Source: Paraspadella gotoi
Lineage: Eukaryota; Animalia; Chaetognatha
Reading direction: 5' to 3'
Assembly (NCBI GenBank): GCA_051294375.1
Contig: CM119270.1
Span: 13,153,023-13,217,022, forward strand
DNA: 64,000 bases
The notes below the pieces were generated by a model. The model was not told the origin of the DNA, did not search any database, and saw only the letters and a list, made by a program, of their open reading frames with translations. Positions 1 through 12,699 of the stretch are shown piece after piece; position 1 is the first letter of the stretch; every line of letters begins with the position of its first letter. Made by a program: the position numbers and the translations under genes.

Positions 1-393
1 TTGAGTCTTCACGCCCCCGGTTGAAATATTCGCGGACCTCGTCTTCTCTTTCTGATCCAAACAAATGGACCATCCACCAGCCCGTTGCCCCGAAGCTCTC
101 TGTGACCCTACGCCGAACCCATTTTGGCCCTGTTAATCCCCTCTAACCGCTTATTCCCTCCCACCTCCCTCACCCGACGAGTGCGGGAAAGACCGTCCCT
201 GGTTTCGTATCTCGAGTCTCCATTAATCGTCCCCTCGGGCCAACTTTTAAAGTTTCGAACCCTTTCCTTGTTTTTTTTCACCGAGAAACATTTAAACTCT
301 ATCAATTTTTTTTTGCGATAGAGGGAGTAAGAGGAAGGAGAGAAGAGGAGAGAGAGAGAGAGGAGGAGGAGAGAGAGAGAAGAGAGAGAGAGT

Positions 394-425
<32 letters not shown>

Positions 426-484
426 GATGAGAAGATGAACTACAATAAAAAAAAATTTATGGTTCCTTTATTCTTATTTTTTAC

Positions 485-990
485 CCCAACTTCAATTCGA
501 ATCCTTCATGACTCAACTCTTCGTATTATGATTCGAACCATCATAGTTCACCCAGTATCAACTCGTCACATCAGGTGGTTCAGCATCCCGGAATCCTAAG
601 GGGTTCACAAAAAAGAAAATCGTAGCGAAAGATGTAAGCTCTTTTGCTTGATCGGAATAGAGGTATTTGCTACCCTGGAACAAAATCAACACTGCCAGGT
701 CCTATTAAACAATTAATACAATGAGTCTTTCAAAATCGTCTCTCTCGTCTGAAGTCATGGAAGTTCCTAAATAAACCGTGATTGCACAAAGTTCGTGAAT
801 CGAAATCCATTTAATTCCCTACCAGCCTACAGTTCATATCAAACTTAGTTCACTTCTCAAGTCGTGAAAGGGAATCCTCCATGATCACTCTGTGCTGTGA
901 GTTATATTAATTATCTCACACTCTTGTCCATAATCACTATACCTTGAGCCACCTTATCCCCAAGTCAGAGTTCAGCAAGAGGTCATGCCG
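485..990 (-). CDS. Candidate cluster of small exons, unknown protein
   Basis: Non-repetitive island with minus-strand splice signals: donor AAG|gtatag at 943, acceptors cacag| at 894, tttag| at 766 and ccttag| at 595, donor GG|gtaaaa at 485. Peptide-like frames include QERHDLLLNSDLGIRWLK and TSMTSDERDDFERLI. A consistent model needs indel corrections; no family recognised. Confidence 0.25.
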
Positions 991-1899
991 CTCCTGTCAG
1001 ATCGTCTTTTCATCAGTTGTAGATTATCAAATCTCATCACAAAACAAAGGAAAGAAAAAAGGTGGGGTAGGAAAAAAAAAAGTGAAGAAAGGATGGAACG
1101 AAATCGATTTTGTTCCGCATTGAGCAAAAATCGGCAGTCGAAGTTTTCGTCTCTCGATTCGAAGATGGAAATCGAGTGATCGTGGATCGGCGCCGGATCT
1201 GAGTGAGTCGCTCTTCTCTTTTCATCAACCGAAATTGATTTTCTGGTTGTTTTTTTTGTACTCGTGTGAATCCCATTAATGAATTAGAATATAACTCGTT
1301 TTTGTAAATGTCAGATTAGCTTATTGGTTAAATCGCCGTTTTCACGGATTTCAACATTCCCGGAATTTTTGCCCATTTGGGTTTTGTTGGATGTTCTTGT
1401 TCGGTATTTAATCTTAATTTCATTTTAACTAACCGAATTTTATTTAATAAAAAGTAAAAATCAATTTATAATACGAAATTAAAATGGATGAATTTTTCCT
1501 TTTTTTTGCGTGAAACGTATAAATGTCGCTGATTCAGAAGTGAATGCAATTTAGTATTAGAAAATTAAAGAGTGGCCTTAAAATATTTTTAGAGGCTGAT
1601 TTTGCTTTTAATAACGAAGCTTACAGAAACGTACGTATAGAAAAAGGAGTAGGAAATATAGAAACATTAAATATTTCTGATTACATCCATTGATTTATAA
1701 TGGTTAGAAAAATCGGAGGAAAAAATGAGAAAAATCGATTGGGGAGCAAAAAAGGAAACGAAAGTAATACCGTTGAAAAAAAAAAAATAGAGGAGCTTTT
1801 TAAAATTCAACTTTCACTTCATATCGCGAAAAAAGCTTTAAAAAAAGAAAAGAAAAAAGGGGAGACCTAAAAAAGAAAGAAAATGAATTGACTACTACA

Positions 1900-2122
1900 G
1901 AACATGAATTTATTATGCAAATTGCCTATGCCCTCGCCAACGCTAACGCTGCCTCTCCGCCAAATAGATGTCGCTCTCTTTCCCTCTCGCTGCCCTTCAT
2001 GTCTCTCTTTCTCTCTCTCACTCTCTCGACTTACCCCATTCTGACCCGGCCACTTTCTTGACATTGTGCCCCGTCTTTCTTTCTTTTCTTTTCTTTGTTA
2101 CTTTCTTTGTTCCTTTGTTTCC

Positions 2123-2153
<31 letters not shown>

Positions 2154-2192
2154 TTTTTTTTTTTTGTTTGTTTATTTCCTTTTTTCTCCGTT

Positions 2193-2230
<38 letters not shown>

Positions 2231-2255
2231 NNNNNNNNNNNNNNNNNNNNNNNNN

Positions 2256-2287
<32 letters not shown>

Positions 2288-2660
2288 TTTCTTTCTTTCT
2301 TTCTATCTTTCTGTCTCTCCCCCCTTTCCTTTCCCCCCTGATGAACAACTCGAGCCCTCACTCCCCGACTTATTTTCCAACTTCATTTCGCGGTGTGTCG
2401 ACGACGACGACCGATGACCGACGACGAACGTCAAGGGCGTGTCGTTCCGCCTCTTACCTTTTTTTCTCCTTTTTGCAATTTTTCCTTAATCTCTTCTCTT
2501 CTCTCTCTCTCTCTCTCTCTCCTCTCTTCTCTCTCTCTCTCTCGGTCTCTCTCTCTCTCTCTCTATCTCTCTCGATACTGCGATTTCGATCAGAAGTGCC
2601 GGGCCTGAAATGGGGAAATAAAAGATCAGAGTGAAGGAGTTGGAAAGGGAATAAAAATTA
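1900..2660 (+). repeat. ~750-bp inverted repeat, copy A (pairs with 10960-11653)
   Basis: ATTATGCAAATTGCCTA..CTCTCCGCCAAATAGATGTCGCT..CTCGACTTACCCCATTCTGAC..GGCCACTTTCTTGACATTGTGCCCCGTCTT occurs as the reverse complement at about 11480-11645. Similarity continues through the (TTTA)n/(CTTT)n tracts to about 2660. Confidence 0.85.
2231..2255. other. Assembly gap (25 N); other gaps at 4241-4265, 12449-12654, 12843-13041, 34314-34338, 52237-52261, 55288-55317, 56134-56151, 63461-63643
   Basis: Runs of N. Four are exactly 25 nt, and most sit inside or next to microsatellites. Confidence 0.98.
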
Positions 2661-3013
2661 TTATATAAAAAAAATGGAAGTGAGGATACGAGATGGATTG
2701 GGGGTGTAGAGCGGTGAAGATGTGATGATTAAATGGAAAAACTCGGGGGGGTGAAAGAGGAAAAGAAGTGTCTCATGTAGCTCGTGAGCGGAAGAGAGCG
2801 ACGAAATATATGACGCTGGGATTTCGGAGTAAACAAATGATAAAGAGAGAGTATAAATCAAAAAAAGATATATGGGCAGTGATGAATTTTCGTCGCTCTC
2901 TCTTTCTCTCGGCTTCTGGTCGTGTGTGGTGGTCTCGCGGGTTGTCAATTCTTCTGTAATGGCCTCCGAAATTTTCGTGTTTAGTTCAAGAGAGTTGCGG
3001 ACCCTGTAGACCG

Positions 3014-3108
3014 TTGGAGATCGCCTAATGTTGCTTTCTGGCCAACACTGTGAATCCTCTCTTTGGAGATCGCTAATGTTGCTTTCTTCTGGCCAACCCA
3101 CTGTTGAA
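3014..3108. repeat. Two tandem copies of a ~49-bp unit
   Basis: TTGGAGATCGC(C)TAATGTTGCTTTCT..GGCCAAC..ACTGT starts at 3014 and again at 3063. Confidence 0.85.
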
Positions 3109-4622
3109 AAAAATTTTCAAACCTTTCCGAACATTTGCAAATATCTAAAAGTTACACCTGTTTAATACACGTTTTCACCTTTTATAATTTTCAATTTCAA
3201 ACCTTATATTTAAATCTTAAATTGACTTACCTTCGGGGTGAATATTTGCAACTATAATATCTTTGCTATCAATTAAATTTTCGTTAGCCTTCTTATACTT
3301 GTGTTGATATTTATAAATCAAATTATGAAATTAAACTGAAAACTAATTAATTTTCAAGCCCGTTTACCATCAGTTTCGATGCACCACCGCGTGAAATTGT
3401 GTAGTTTGTTGTTTTAAAATCATATTTGCAGATCAGAAACTAAATAAGCAAATGAGACTCATGTAAAAATCGAGATTTACGGCAAAAACTTACTTTTTGA
3501 ATTCAATTAATTCAGAATTTATTGTCAAAAGTTAAACTAATTATTTGGCCAAATTTTAACTGAGAGAAAACATTTTTCAGGATGATAAGTTTAACTGTAT
3601 AATGTCAAAACATGATGATTATCAGATTCACTTCTATTGTTGGTCACCAGGAAAAAAAAGTATCGTATCATCGTTTAAACAAGTTTACCTTGATGCTGAA
3701 CCTGTGATATACATTTCACTTCTTTTATATAGACATTAAAAACGTTTATTTTTTATTTCGTATCCTAAAAGTGCTCTTTAAATAAACATTTTCAAACCTA
3801 GTTTCTTTCATGAATTCTGAGAAAGATGATTTTAAGTAAAACCTTACATTTATGACAGAAACTAATTCAACATATTGTTTTACTTTCCCCCTTTTTTTTT
3901 GCAAACCCATTTTTGCTATTCCGCGACGTCGACAAACGAAAACATTCTTCATATCATGCCACCTTATTTCAACGCTTATCATAACAGGTGAGTTTTTTTA
4001 ACATTTATGTGAACTTTATTTAACATATTCCCGCGCAATTTGGAGAACGGTACCAAAGAAGTTCTGCTTTTTGTTTAAATTTTATAATATGATAATTTAT
4101 ATTTATGAAAGGATCTTAAAAAAAAATATTTCAAGGTTGAAGCTTTGAACTTTTAAATGATCCAAAAATAATTTATTGTTTTATTTTGTAATTTTCTTTT
4201 GTTTTGTTTACTGTCGGCGAGATGGCAGATGCCAAAACCGNNNNNNNNNNNNNNNNNNNNNNNNNAACCCGCGGAGATGCATGATGCAGTTCTGGCGACA
4301 AAAGCCGATGCTGACACCGGCCGCCGCCTTTTGTTTAATTTTATTGGATGTTTTTCTCTCTCTTCTCTCTCAGTCTCATCTACTCGTCTCTCTCTCTCTC
4401 CACGATCTCTCTACTCTACTGATCTATAGGATCGTTTGGAGAAGAAAGCTATTTGTTGGTTGTCTCGTCAAAAAAAAGTGACTGTGATACATACTTGAAG
4501 TTTAGACCCAAGTGGATGCAGGCAGAGCAGAAAAGAGAGGAGAGACAGAAGAGAGACGAGAGAGCAAGAGAGAGAGAAGGGAGAGAGAGAGAGAGCATAC
4601 GGGTATACTAGAGATTTGCGGC

Positions 4623-5176
4623 GCAGGAAGCCATGGTGTCCGGTCCACCTCCACCGATGCCCTTTTTGTCGCAGCACCACTGGCCGGACCACGTCCGCCG
4701 GCCAATTCTTGCCGCACCCATCCATACCCCCTTGCGTACGGGGACTGCCTCACGAGTCGCGGATTCGAGCAGAAAAAAACTCTGATCGTCGCAGAACATC
4801 CCGGCGGATCAACCCAGGATTCGTCCGGCAGTATCGTGGTCGCGGACTTGCTTCTTTCAATTCTTCTCTGGGTCGATTCTCTCATTTTATAAAATTTTCA
4901 CTATATTCTTGCAGGAAAGCCAATGGGTGCTCCGGCCACGACGCCTTTGTTCCACCGCCAGTGGCCGGCACGTCACCGTCCGCCTGGTCCCCAATCTTCT
5001 GCCGCGACTCAGGTCGGCCCACAACGGATATCGAGAAGAAAAACAACTCTGATCGGGAGAAATCGCCGCGGATCAACAGGAACTTATCGTCCCCCCGGCT
5101 CAGATCGTGGTCGCTCGCGCACCAGTTCTTTTTGCTCTTGGGTGCATTCTTTCATATTTCTAAATCTGCACTTATC
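4623..5176. repeat. Diverged tandem duplication of a ~288-bp GC-rich unit
   Basis: GCAGGAA(A)GCCA(A)TGG at 4623 and 4911. The shared blocks AACTCTGATCG, GCGGATCAAC, ATCGTGGTCGC and CATTT..TAAA..CACT occur in the same order in both copies. Confidence 0.8.
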
Positions 5177-7649
5177 CAGATCAATTCTTTTTGGGGAAAA
5201 CTAACTCTCATATTACAAATAACCTTTTTAGGAATACATTGGTCCTATCTTTCTACTGTCGATTCTTTTTCCATCACTTCATATACAGGGGATTAGCGGA
5301 GGGAGTGAGAATAGTGGGGAGAAGAAAGAAGAAGCGGGAGAGAAGGGGAGAGAGAGAGAGAGAGCTTCCCATGCATCGAAGATACTACTTCGATCAGAGC
5401 GCAAGTACCATCTAGCAGACGCAGAGAGCTCACTCGAGAGGCTAGGGCAGAAAAGAGTAGAGACTAGATGCAGTACGTCCTCAATCACCACATAATTTCC
5501 TAAACTCCCTCATCTGCTAATTCCATAATCCGCTGTGTGTTTATGCTGCGAGTGACTTGGAGGACAAAATCAAAACAAGAGCATTTTTTCGCTCTATCTG
5601 TGTAGAACTCAGAATTTAAACATGAGTCTAGACCTACTCTCTCTTCGCTGAGGTTTGAAATGAGACCAGAAAATAATTCAAGTCACCATCCGAAATATTT
5701 TTGCGTATTTGGCTACTCGAGACATACAAGCGAGACCCAGAGAGACCAGTTAGACATCACATAAACAAAAAAAGAGGAAAATATACCATATAAATAAAAG
5801 CACCATAGTATTAAGTTATATTTGGATCAGATGGTTATAGAAAGACAAAACTCTAAAAGAACATCTGAGAGACGATATATATTGTTTCTAACACCCGATC
5901 TCATGGCGTTTAGATAGGATGACACATAATGAAAAGTTATATCTAAATAAAATTCAATAGTGTAATTAAAAATATTTTATAATACCCGCAAAACAGCCTG
6001 GAAGAAAATAATAATTTTCGTTTTTGTCGATAACAGGAGGATGTAATTCTTTTCGAGAGTTTACCCATAAAGTTTAGCGCGGGCCGAATATTACTATATA
6101 CTTGGATCGTATTAGCTCGTGTTCACGATCATCATAAATGATACACGAACACTCAAAAACACATAGATAATTTAGAATGGAGAAATTGGCACAATATAAA
6201 GACTGTTTAAAAATATAAGAAGATCCAGGATGAGTAGGGAAGTGGCTTAAGTCAGTCTATGACTTTATACTTTATATAATGTATAATTTTAAACGCAGTA
6301 ATATTTCTAATTGCGAGAGTTTCTGTTTCAACGAGGTAACAGTTTCGCGGCACTCAGTCAATATAATATGGAGTATTTTATAACTAGAAATAAAATGGCG
6401 AGAGGAGTTAAAATAATCTCTACTTATTTGTGTCGGGTAATTACTTCTGGTCGTTCTTCTTATTGTGTAATTTTATCATTTAATAAAAAAACTGTCACAA
6501 GGAGTTTTTTTTAGATTAATCATGTAGAGTAAATAAATTTTTATTCTTTATTAATCCCATATATTTGGAAGACGTTCACTGATTAGATAGATTTAGGTTT
6601 TTCAAGTGTATGTATATTAAGTCGCTGAGTGTTCTGTTATATCAGGGATACTTTGAGAACACGAGGTTCAACTTTTTCTAGGGAAACGTTGCTGAGTAAA
6701 CTACACAAATATAATGTAAATAGACGATTTATTCACGAAGATTTGGAGCCCTAAGTTACAAAGCGAAGAGTGAAATTGGCTATCATAATTCTCCTCGAAT
6801 AGGAGATTATGACAAGAGAGCTCATAAATCCATAGTAATATATATGCTTCGTTCATATGTTTCACACGAGAGAGTTTTCCACCGAATACTCCTCTCCTTG
6901 TATTATCCTGGGCTGTCACATAACAACTCATTGTTAAATAGTTAGCTACACTGTGTCTGATAAGTCACATGAAGTTGGCGCTCTTTTATGGGTTAACAAT
7001 CTCAAGTGATAAAGGCACCTCTCAAATTAGCTATACAGAAGGTCACATATATCTTACTAATGGCACGCCACTGCAGATACAAGGAACGCGTATAGTATTA
7101 CCACCCTTATCCCCTCCAGTATCACAAAATAATTTTGGACCGAATATTAGACTGTTTAATCTGTTACGCAACATTCTATTACGAGCTGGACGATCCTAAT
7201 AAACCCAGAACGTGAAATCTCTCTAAATAAGGATATAATTTTGTACACCGTAATATTCTCCGATTCGCTTATCCACCAACGACGTCTCTCTTCATTTGCG
7301 AGCAGTTCGATCGCTGGAGCATACGTGTATAGACGCTACGTCTTGTTGATTAATATAAATTTGATATATTCTTTTCACTCAAACATACATAACTACACTA
7401 GCATATTACAACATGAGCGTCTGTGTCATCGGTGAGGACAATGCCGATATGACCTTTGTAGATGGACTGAATGTGCTATGAAAAAAAGTTTTCAATTTTT
7501 TAATTCTCTCAAAGTTAGAAAAATTTCACATAAAAAATCTTGATTTTTATCTAAATACATCAACAACAATAAACTAAGAAGAATAGAGTTCCATAACCGA
7601 AATTTAAATATGATAGCAAACAGTATATTCAATCTTACGCTTGCCTCAT

Positions 7650-8560
7650 AGAGACATACTATTCCATCCCACCGGAGACCGTACTAGAAGTCTCAATCTC
7701 TCTCTCATCATGCATTCTCTTCACACTAATAGTTTTCTCAATAATAGAGTGTTTCTCTTCTCTTGTTCTATCATTTCTCCTGTAATCGTTGGTAAGCGTT
7801 CATTTCTCGCCTCCAGAAGAGTTTAATTTGCGTAGGTGCAGGTGCGGGACCACTTTACATTTTGTGTGAGTAGATTTTATTTTTTTTCTTTTAGGTAATT
7901 TTATTTTTCTTCGTCCCACTACTGATTTTTTTCATGATAGGTTCCGAACAAGGGCTGAATTTTTATCACTAAAACCGTTATTGAAGACTGCAGCTGCGCA
8001 AACCGGATTAGTTTAGGCGCTTCACTGCAAAGGACCAAGTAGTGGATTGCGACACAAAAACGGCGAGGAAGCTGAACGAGTATGGAGACAGAGAGAGATA
8101 GGTTCATCGCGACTTGTGAAAGATATCGTGAATATTTGCTGATATGGAAGTTCGACCACTCGTCTTCTGAGTAGACAGGATTGAGAGTAAGCAGAGAGAA
8201 GAGAGAGAAATTTCGGCCATTAGAGAGGATTTGAGGAGCGCAGAGAGGAGAGGAGCAGAGAGAGCCGAGGAAAGCCAGATTTATGATATGGAAGTAACAA
8301 GAAAAGAGCTCAAGACGAAGGATGATAAAGTATCAATTACGTTCGTACTTCACTTCTGCCAACTTGTTTCACAGGTTGCTCCCTCTTCTTATTTCTTCTC
8401 CTCCATTCGCTCGCGATGTTTCTTTTCCCATTAAATCCATTAGTCGTATCTTCGTTTTCTACACCTTCCCATCTCCACAGTCTCTCGCCTATCTTCAGCA
8501 CGGATCCGTGCTTCCATCATAATAAATTTGAGACACCTTCTTATTACCCCTCTTCAACCC
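7650..8560 (+). repeat. Diverged direct repeat, copy A (copy B about 12700-13660)
   Basis: TTGAAGACTGCAGCTGCGCA at 7981 and 13097. GAGCTCA..CGAAGGAT..CAATT(A)CGTTCGT(A)CTTCACT..GCCAACTTGTT at about 8306 and 13454. CTTCGTTTT..ACCTTCC..CCACA.GTCTC is shared. Confidence 0.7.
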
Positions 8561-9834
8561 CCGATATTTCCATCTTCACCGCCCCCACACTCCTGTCACA
8601 GACCTCAGTTAACCCCTGGCTCCTTCTCGTCCGGGCCTATTCCTACACCACTGCCTGGATTAAAATCCGCCAAAACATCCCACCACCTTCCGATTGGTGT
8701 CACAATTAAATTGGGATAGTCCTAGACTCAAAAATATTCTAAAATTGTTTTTATTTTGGCTTTTAATAATCAATGATCAAACTTTAGTATAATTATTAAA
8801 TTGATATCATTTAGACTTACATATTTTAAGAAATTTTTTTGTATTTTCTTTTAAATTATATTTACAAATATATTTTTAAGGGAAATGTTTTTCTAAAACT
8901 ACAATATGCAAATACAAATTTTGTCATATTTGGCTTGGTCAATGGTGGTTTCCCCATTCTCAAGGATTAATCCTTTTTAAAAACAGATAGACTGACAAAA
9001 GATCAGATTAATTAATTAAATAATTAAACGTAAATTAATAAAAAAAAAATGGTATCAATTTGTAAAAAAATTGTCAGGGTAATCGCATTTGAACTGTATT
9101 TTATCTCCTCTCTGTCTCCTTTCTCTCTCTCTCTCTTCCTGTAGAGAGACTTGGCTCTCCGCGTCACAGGGTAGGAATGCTCGTCGTGAGGAGGCTCAAC
9201 TGCATTCTGCAGATCCGAACCGTCTATATACTGAGATCTCTCAAAGCAAACCAAATAATAAAAAGGTCGAATCGTAAAATGTAAAAAAATTATAAAAATA
9301 TAAATCAGAAGAAAATCCAGCGTAATGAACAGAAAATCTCCCAAGAAAATAACGGCGTCCTAATGAAAAAGTTCGTAAGATTAAAAATTTAGGTTGATAT
9401 GCCAGAGAAATCGTTAAGAATCGTATATAAAAAAAGGATCTGAAGTTAGTCTGGAGAGCTTTTCCTAGAGACTATGATGAGAGCTCGTACGGTTAACCAT
9501 GGTCGGTCGATAGGTAAGTCCGAGACATCGTCTCTGTCGCCGTCTCCTCAGTCTCGTCCTTTCTCTCACTCTCTCTCTCTCTTTCTCTCCACTCTTTTCT
9601 ATTCCTACTCTCTCTCTCTCTCTCTCTCTCTTGAAATAATTTTTATAATGTTAGTTGATTTGATGATTGATGATTAAAAATGACGACAAAGAGGATATGA
9701 ATAGACAAGAACAAGATAACAAGACAAAATATCCCCAAACAGTGAAATAAAAACCAGTTGAGCAAACTTGATAATCTAGGGGTCTTAATGGGTTTACTGG
9801 ATTTGATCTTCTTTCTCCAATTAAAACTGAAAAA

Positions 9835-10560
9835 ATGAAAATCCGTTTTAACCTATTAGCACCTGTTAATCTCAGGCCAGCTTTAAAAGATGAAATATTC
9901 TTTTTTTACATAACAAAAACCTTCGTGAAACCGAATTTGTCAAAATAAAAGATGAAAAAAGAAATTTAAAATCCTGTTCTTTCTTTGTATTTCTTGGAAT
10001 TGAAAGTTCATTGTAAGGCTTGTTTCTCTCTTAAAATACAAAATCGCTAAAATCCGCATTAACCAGTTATTTACTAGAACTTATGCTACCTGTTTAACCT
10101 AACAATATTTAGTTCAGATAAACCGGTAAACGAATACAAGACAGTCAGAAAAGAAAAATCTGAAAACCTAGTTCTTTCTTTGTTATTTTGATGATTGACA
10201 TGTCAACTGGTTAAGGTATATTTCCTTCCTAAAACTCAAACCGCAAAAAACCGGCAAACAGACCAGTAATAGCCAAAACCGCATTACTAACTAATAAAAC
10301 TATGATCAATTTTTAAAATATAATTAAACTGTTTAAAACGGGGTAACTGCAAGAAAAATTTTTTAATCTTGAAACGTAGTTAATTTCTTATTATTTTTGC
10401 GGAATGTCTGTGGTTGAATAATGATTTGAAAAATTCAATCTCTCTAATTTAAAAAATCCGCAATGTAATCGTCATCAAACACACGACTAACTAAACCTTC
10501 CTTTATCTAATAAAACCTATAGGATATTACCAGCAGGATAACCTGGTTAAACGAGTGACA
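9835..10560. repeat. Highly degenerate ~200-bp tandem array (about 3.5 units)
   Basis: Recurrent anchors AAAATCCG(CA)TT at about 9838/10049/10275/10452 and AAA(T)CCT(A)GTTCTTTCTTTGT at about 9968/10163/10371. Confidence 0.55.
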
Positions 10561-10959
10561 TATAGTAAAAAAAATGTTGTTGTAAAATTTTTCAATGTAA
10601 AATACATGGAAGTAAGTTAAGAAAAAATTATATTACTACACTTGTGAAAAAACCATTTGTCCTTATGCCACATATCCAAGGGCAGACAATCAGCTTCGAA
10701 TCGCCGTATCATTTATGCAATAACCATATTATAAGAAAATATGGCAAGTGGCCAAATAAAAAAACCTAATTTATTTTAGAGAAGTAAAGAAAATGTAAAA
10801 GAAAAGAAAGAAAGGTTACGAGCTTTTAGCCGATCTTTTCTGGTCAAAGCCCGCAAGACCGATCTACTTATCATTAACTATTAAAATCGAATCGCTGACA
10901 TGACTTTTTCTCACTCGATTTTGAAATTTTTTTTTTCCTGAGGTTGAGCTACCGTGCCC

Positions 10960-11653
10960 CCCCCTCGTCCTCTTTTTTTTTTATTGTCCCCTTTCCACCT
11001 CTCGATCTATTTTTATTTTCCCATTTTGACCCAGTAACGATCGAAAATCGCGACGAGAGAGAGAGAGAGAGAGGAGGTGAAAAAGGCCAGGAAAGAGCAG
11101 CCCAGCCTTCCCGGGTGGCGCCGCGTATCGTCGTTCGTCTCGACCCCGGAGAAGGTTAATCGGGGAGTTGAGCTCGAGTTTTCTTCCAGGGGGAAAGGGA
11201 AAGGGGGGGGACAGAAAGAGAAAGAAAGAAAGAAAGAAAAAGAAAGAAAAGAAAGAAAGAAAGAAAGAAAAAGAAAGAAGAAGATAGAAAGAAGAAAAAA
11301 GGAAATAAACAAAAAAAAAAAAAATAAATAAATAAAAAATAATAAAAATAATAAATAAATAAATAAATAAATAAATAAAATAAATAAATAATAAATAATA
11401 TGAATAAGTAAATAAAAATAAATAAATAAATAAGGAAACAAAGGACAAGAAAGAAAGTAATAAAGAAAAGAAAAGTAGAAGACGGGGCACAATGTCAAGA
11501 AAGTGGCCGTCAGAATGGGGTAAGTCGAGAAGTGAAGAGAGAGAAGAGAGACATGGGGAGCGGAGAGGGGAAGAGAAGCGACATCTATTTGGCGGAGAGG
11601 AGCCATTAAGTCTTTGGCGAGGCAATAGGCAATTTGCATAATATTCAATGTTC
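10960..11653 (-). repeat. ~700-bp inverted repeat, copy B (pairs with 1900-2660)
   Basis: The reverse complement aligns with 1900-2660 across both unique and microsatellite blocks. Confidence 0.85.
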
Positions 11654-12699
11654 AAAAAAAAAGAAATATTTTTCGTTGTAGAAATCAGATTTAATTATTG
11701 ATTCTCTTCTGAGGAAATGAACCAGAAAATAAATTCAAGTTAACCTCCGAAATTTTTGATTTGGCTATCGAGCAAAAAGACAGCCAAACGTGGCTAATAT
11801 ACAATTAGTACATATATGCCAGTAGTAATGTAGAAAATCTAGAAATACTGATGAAGCACCCATAAGTGTAATGCCTAATAAAAAGGTATATATCGAACCT
11901 GGAAAAAAATATTTCGAAAAAGAGCTATCTCAAATAAGTATTCCGATTCAAACCTGGATCGATGTCGCACGATATTCAAAGACCGAAATAAAAAAAGAAA
12001 TAGAATGAGAAATTAAATAAATTTTAAAAAAAGTCCCAGGAGTGAAGTTTTAAGTCAATTACTTTTAAATTTATTTTAAACCGAATCTAATGGAGACGTC
12101 TTTTCAAAGTAAATACTTTTAAAATTAACTGAGTCTAATGAAGATCGATTTTCTTTTTCGGTTTCGCGTCTCAATTTTCTTTTAACACCATTTTTTTTAG
12201 ATTCAATTTGTGAAATTCTTTTCCAAATTTGACTCTTGATTTGTTATTCCAGTGTTTTTCTTTGCCGAGGTCTTGGTGATTTCATCCCGTGTTAATCTGT
12301 TAACCGGAACTGACCGTTTTTTCAGACGTTGCTGTTAGTGACCGATTTTTCACAAGTTATGTCACGTCACAATTGCGATGGTGGGTACCATTTCGTTCCA
12401 ACTTCAGGGGTTCCATCCCCTGAAGGCTTTAGTGTAACATTTTAATTANNNNNNNNNNNNNNNNNNNNNNNNNNNNNNNNNNNNNNNNNNNNNNNNNNNN
12501 NNNNNNNNNNNNNNNNNNNNNNNNNNNNNNNNNNNNNNNNNNNNNNNNNNNNNNNNNNNNNNNNNNNNNNNNNNNNNNNNNNNNNNNNNNNNNNNNNNNN
12601 NNNNNNNNNNNNNNNNNNNNNNNNNNNNNNNNNNNNNNNNNNNNNNNNNNNNNNCAACTACGCCCTTACCCAATAGCAACGTTTGACGATCTTCTTTCG

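Noticed and set aside
690-702. ag|GACCTGGCAGT vs ag|GCCCTGGTAGT (19541) as paralogous GPGS exons
   Set aside because: The match is only about 11 nt and the upstream intron would be 18 nt; likely chance.
12402-12435. 9-bp hairpin CTTCAGGGG/CCCCTGAAG as a Helitron 3' end or terminator
   Set aside because: No CTRR terminus at the right distance, no second copy, and it lies next to a gap.
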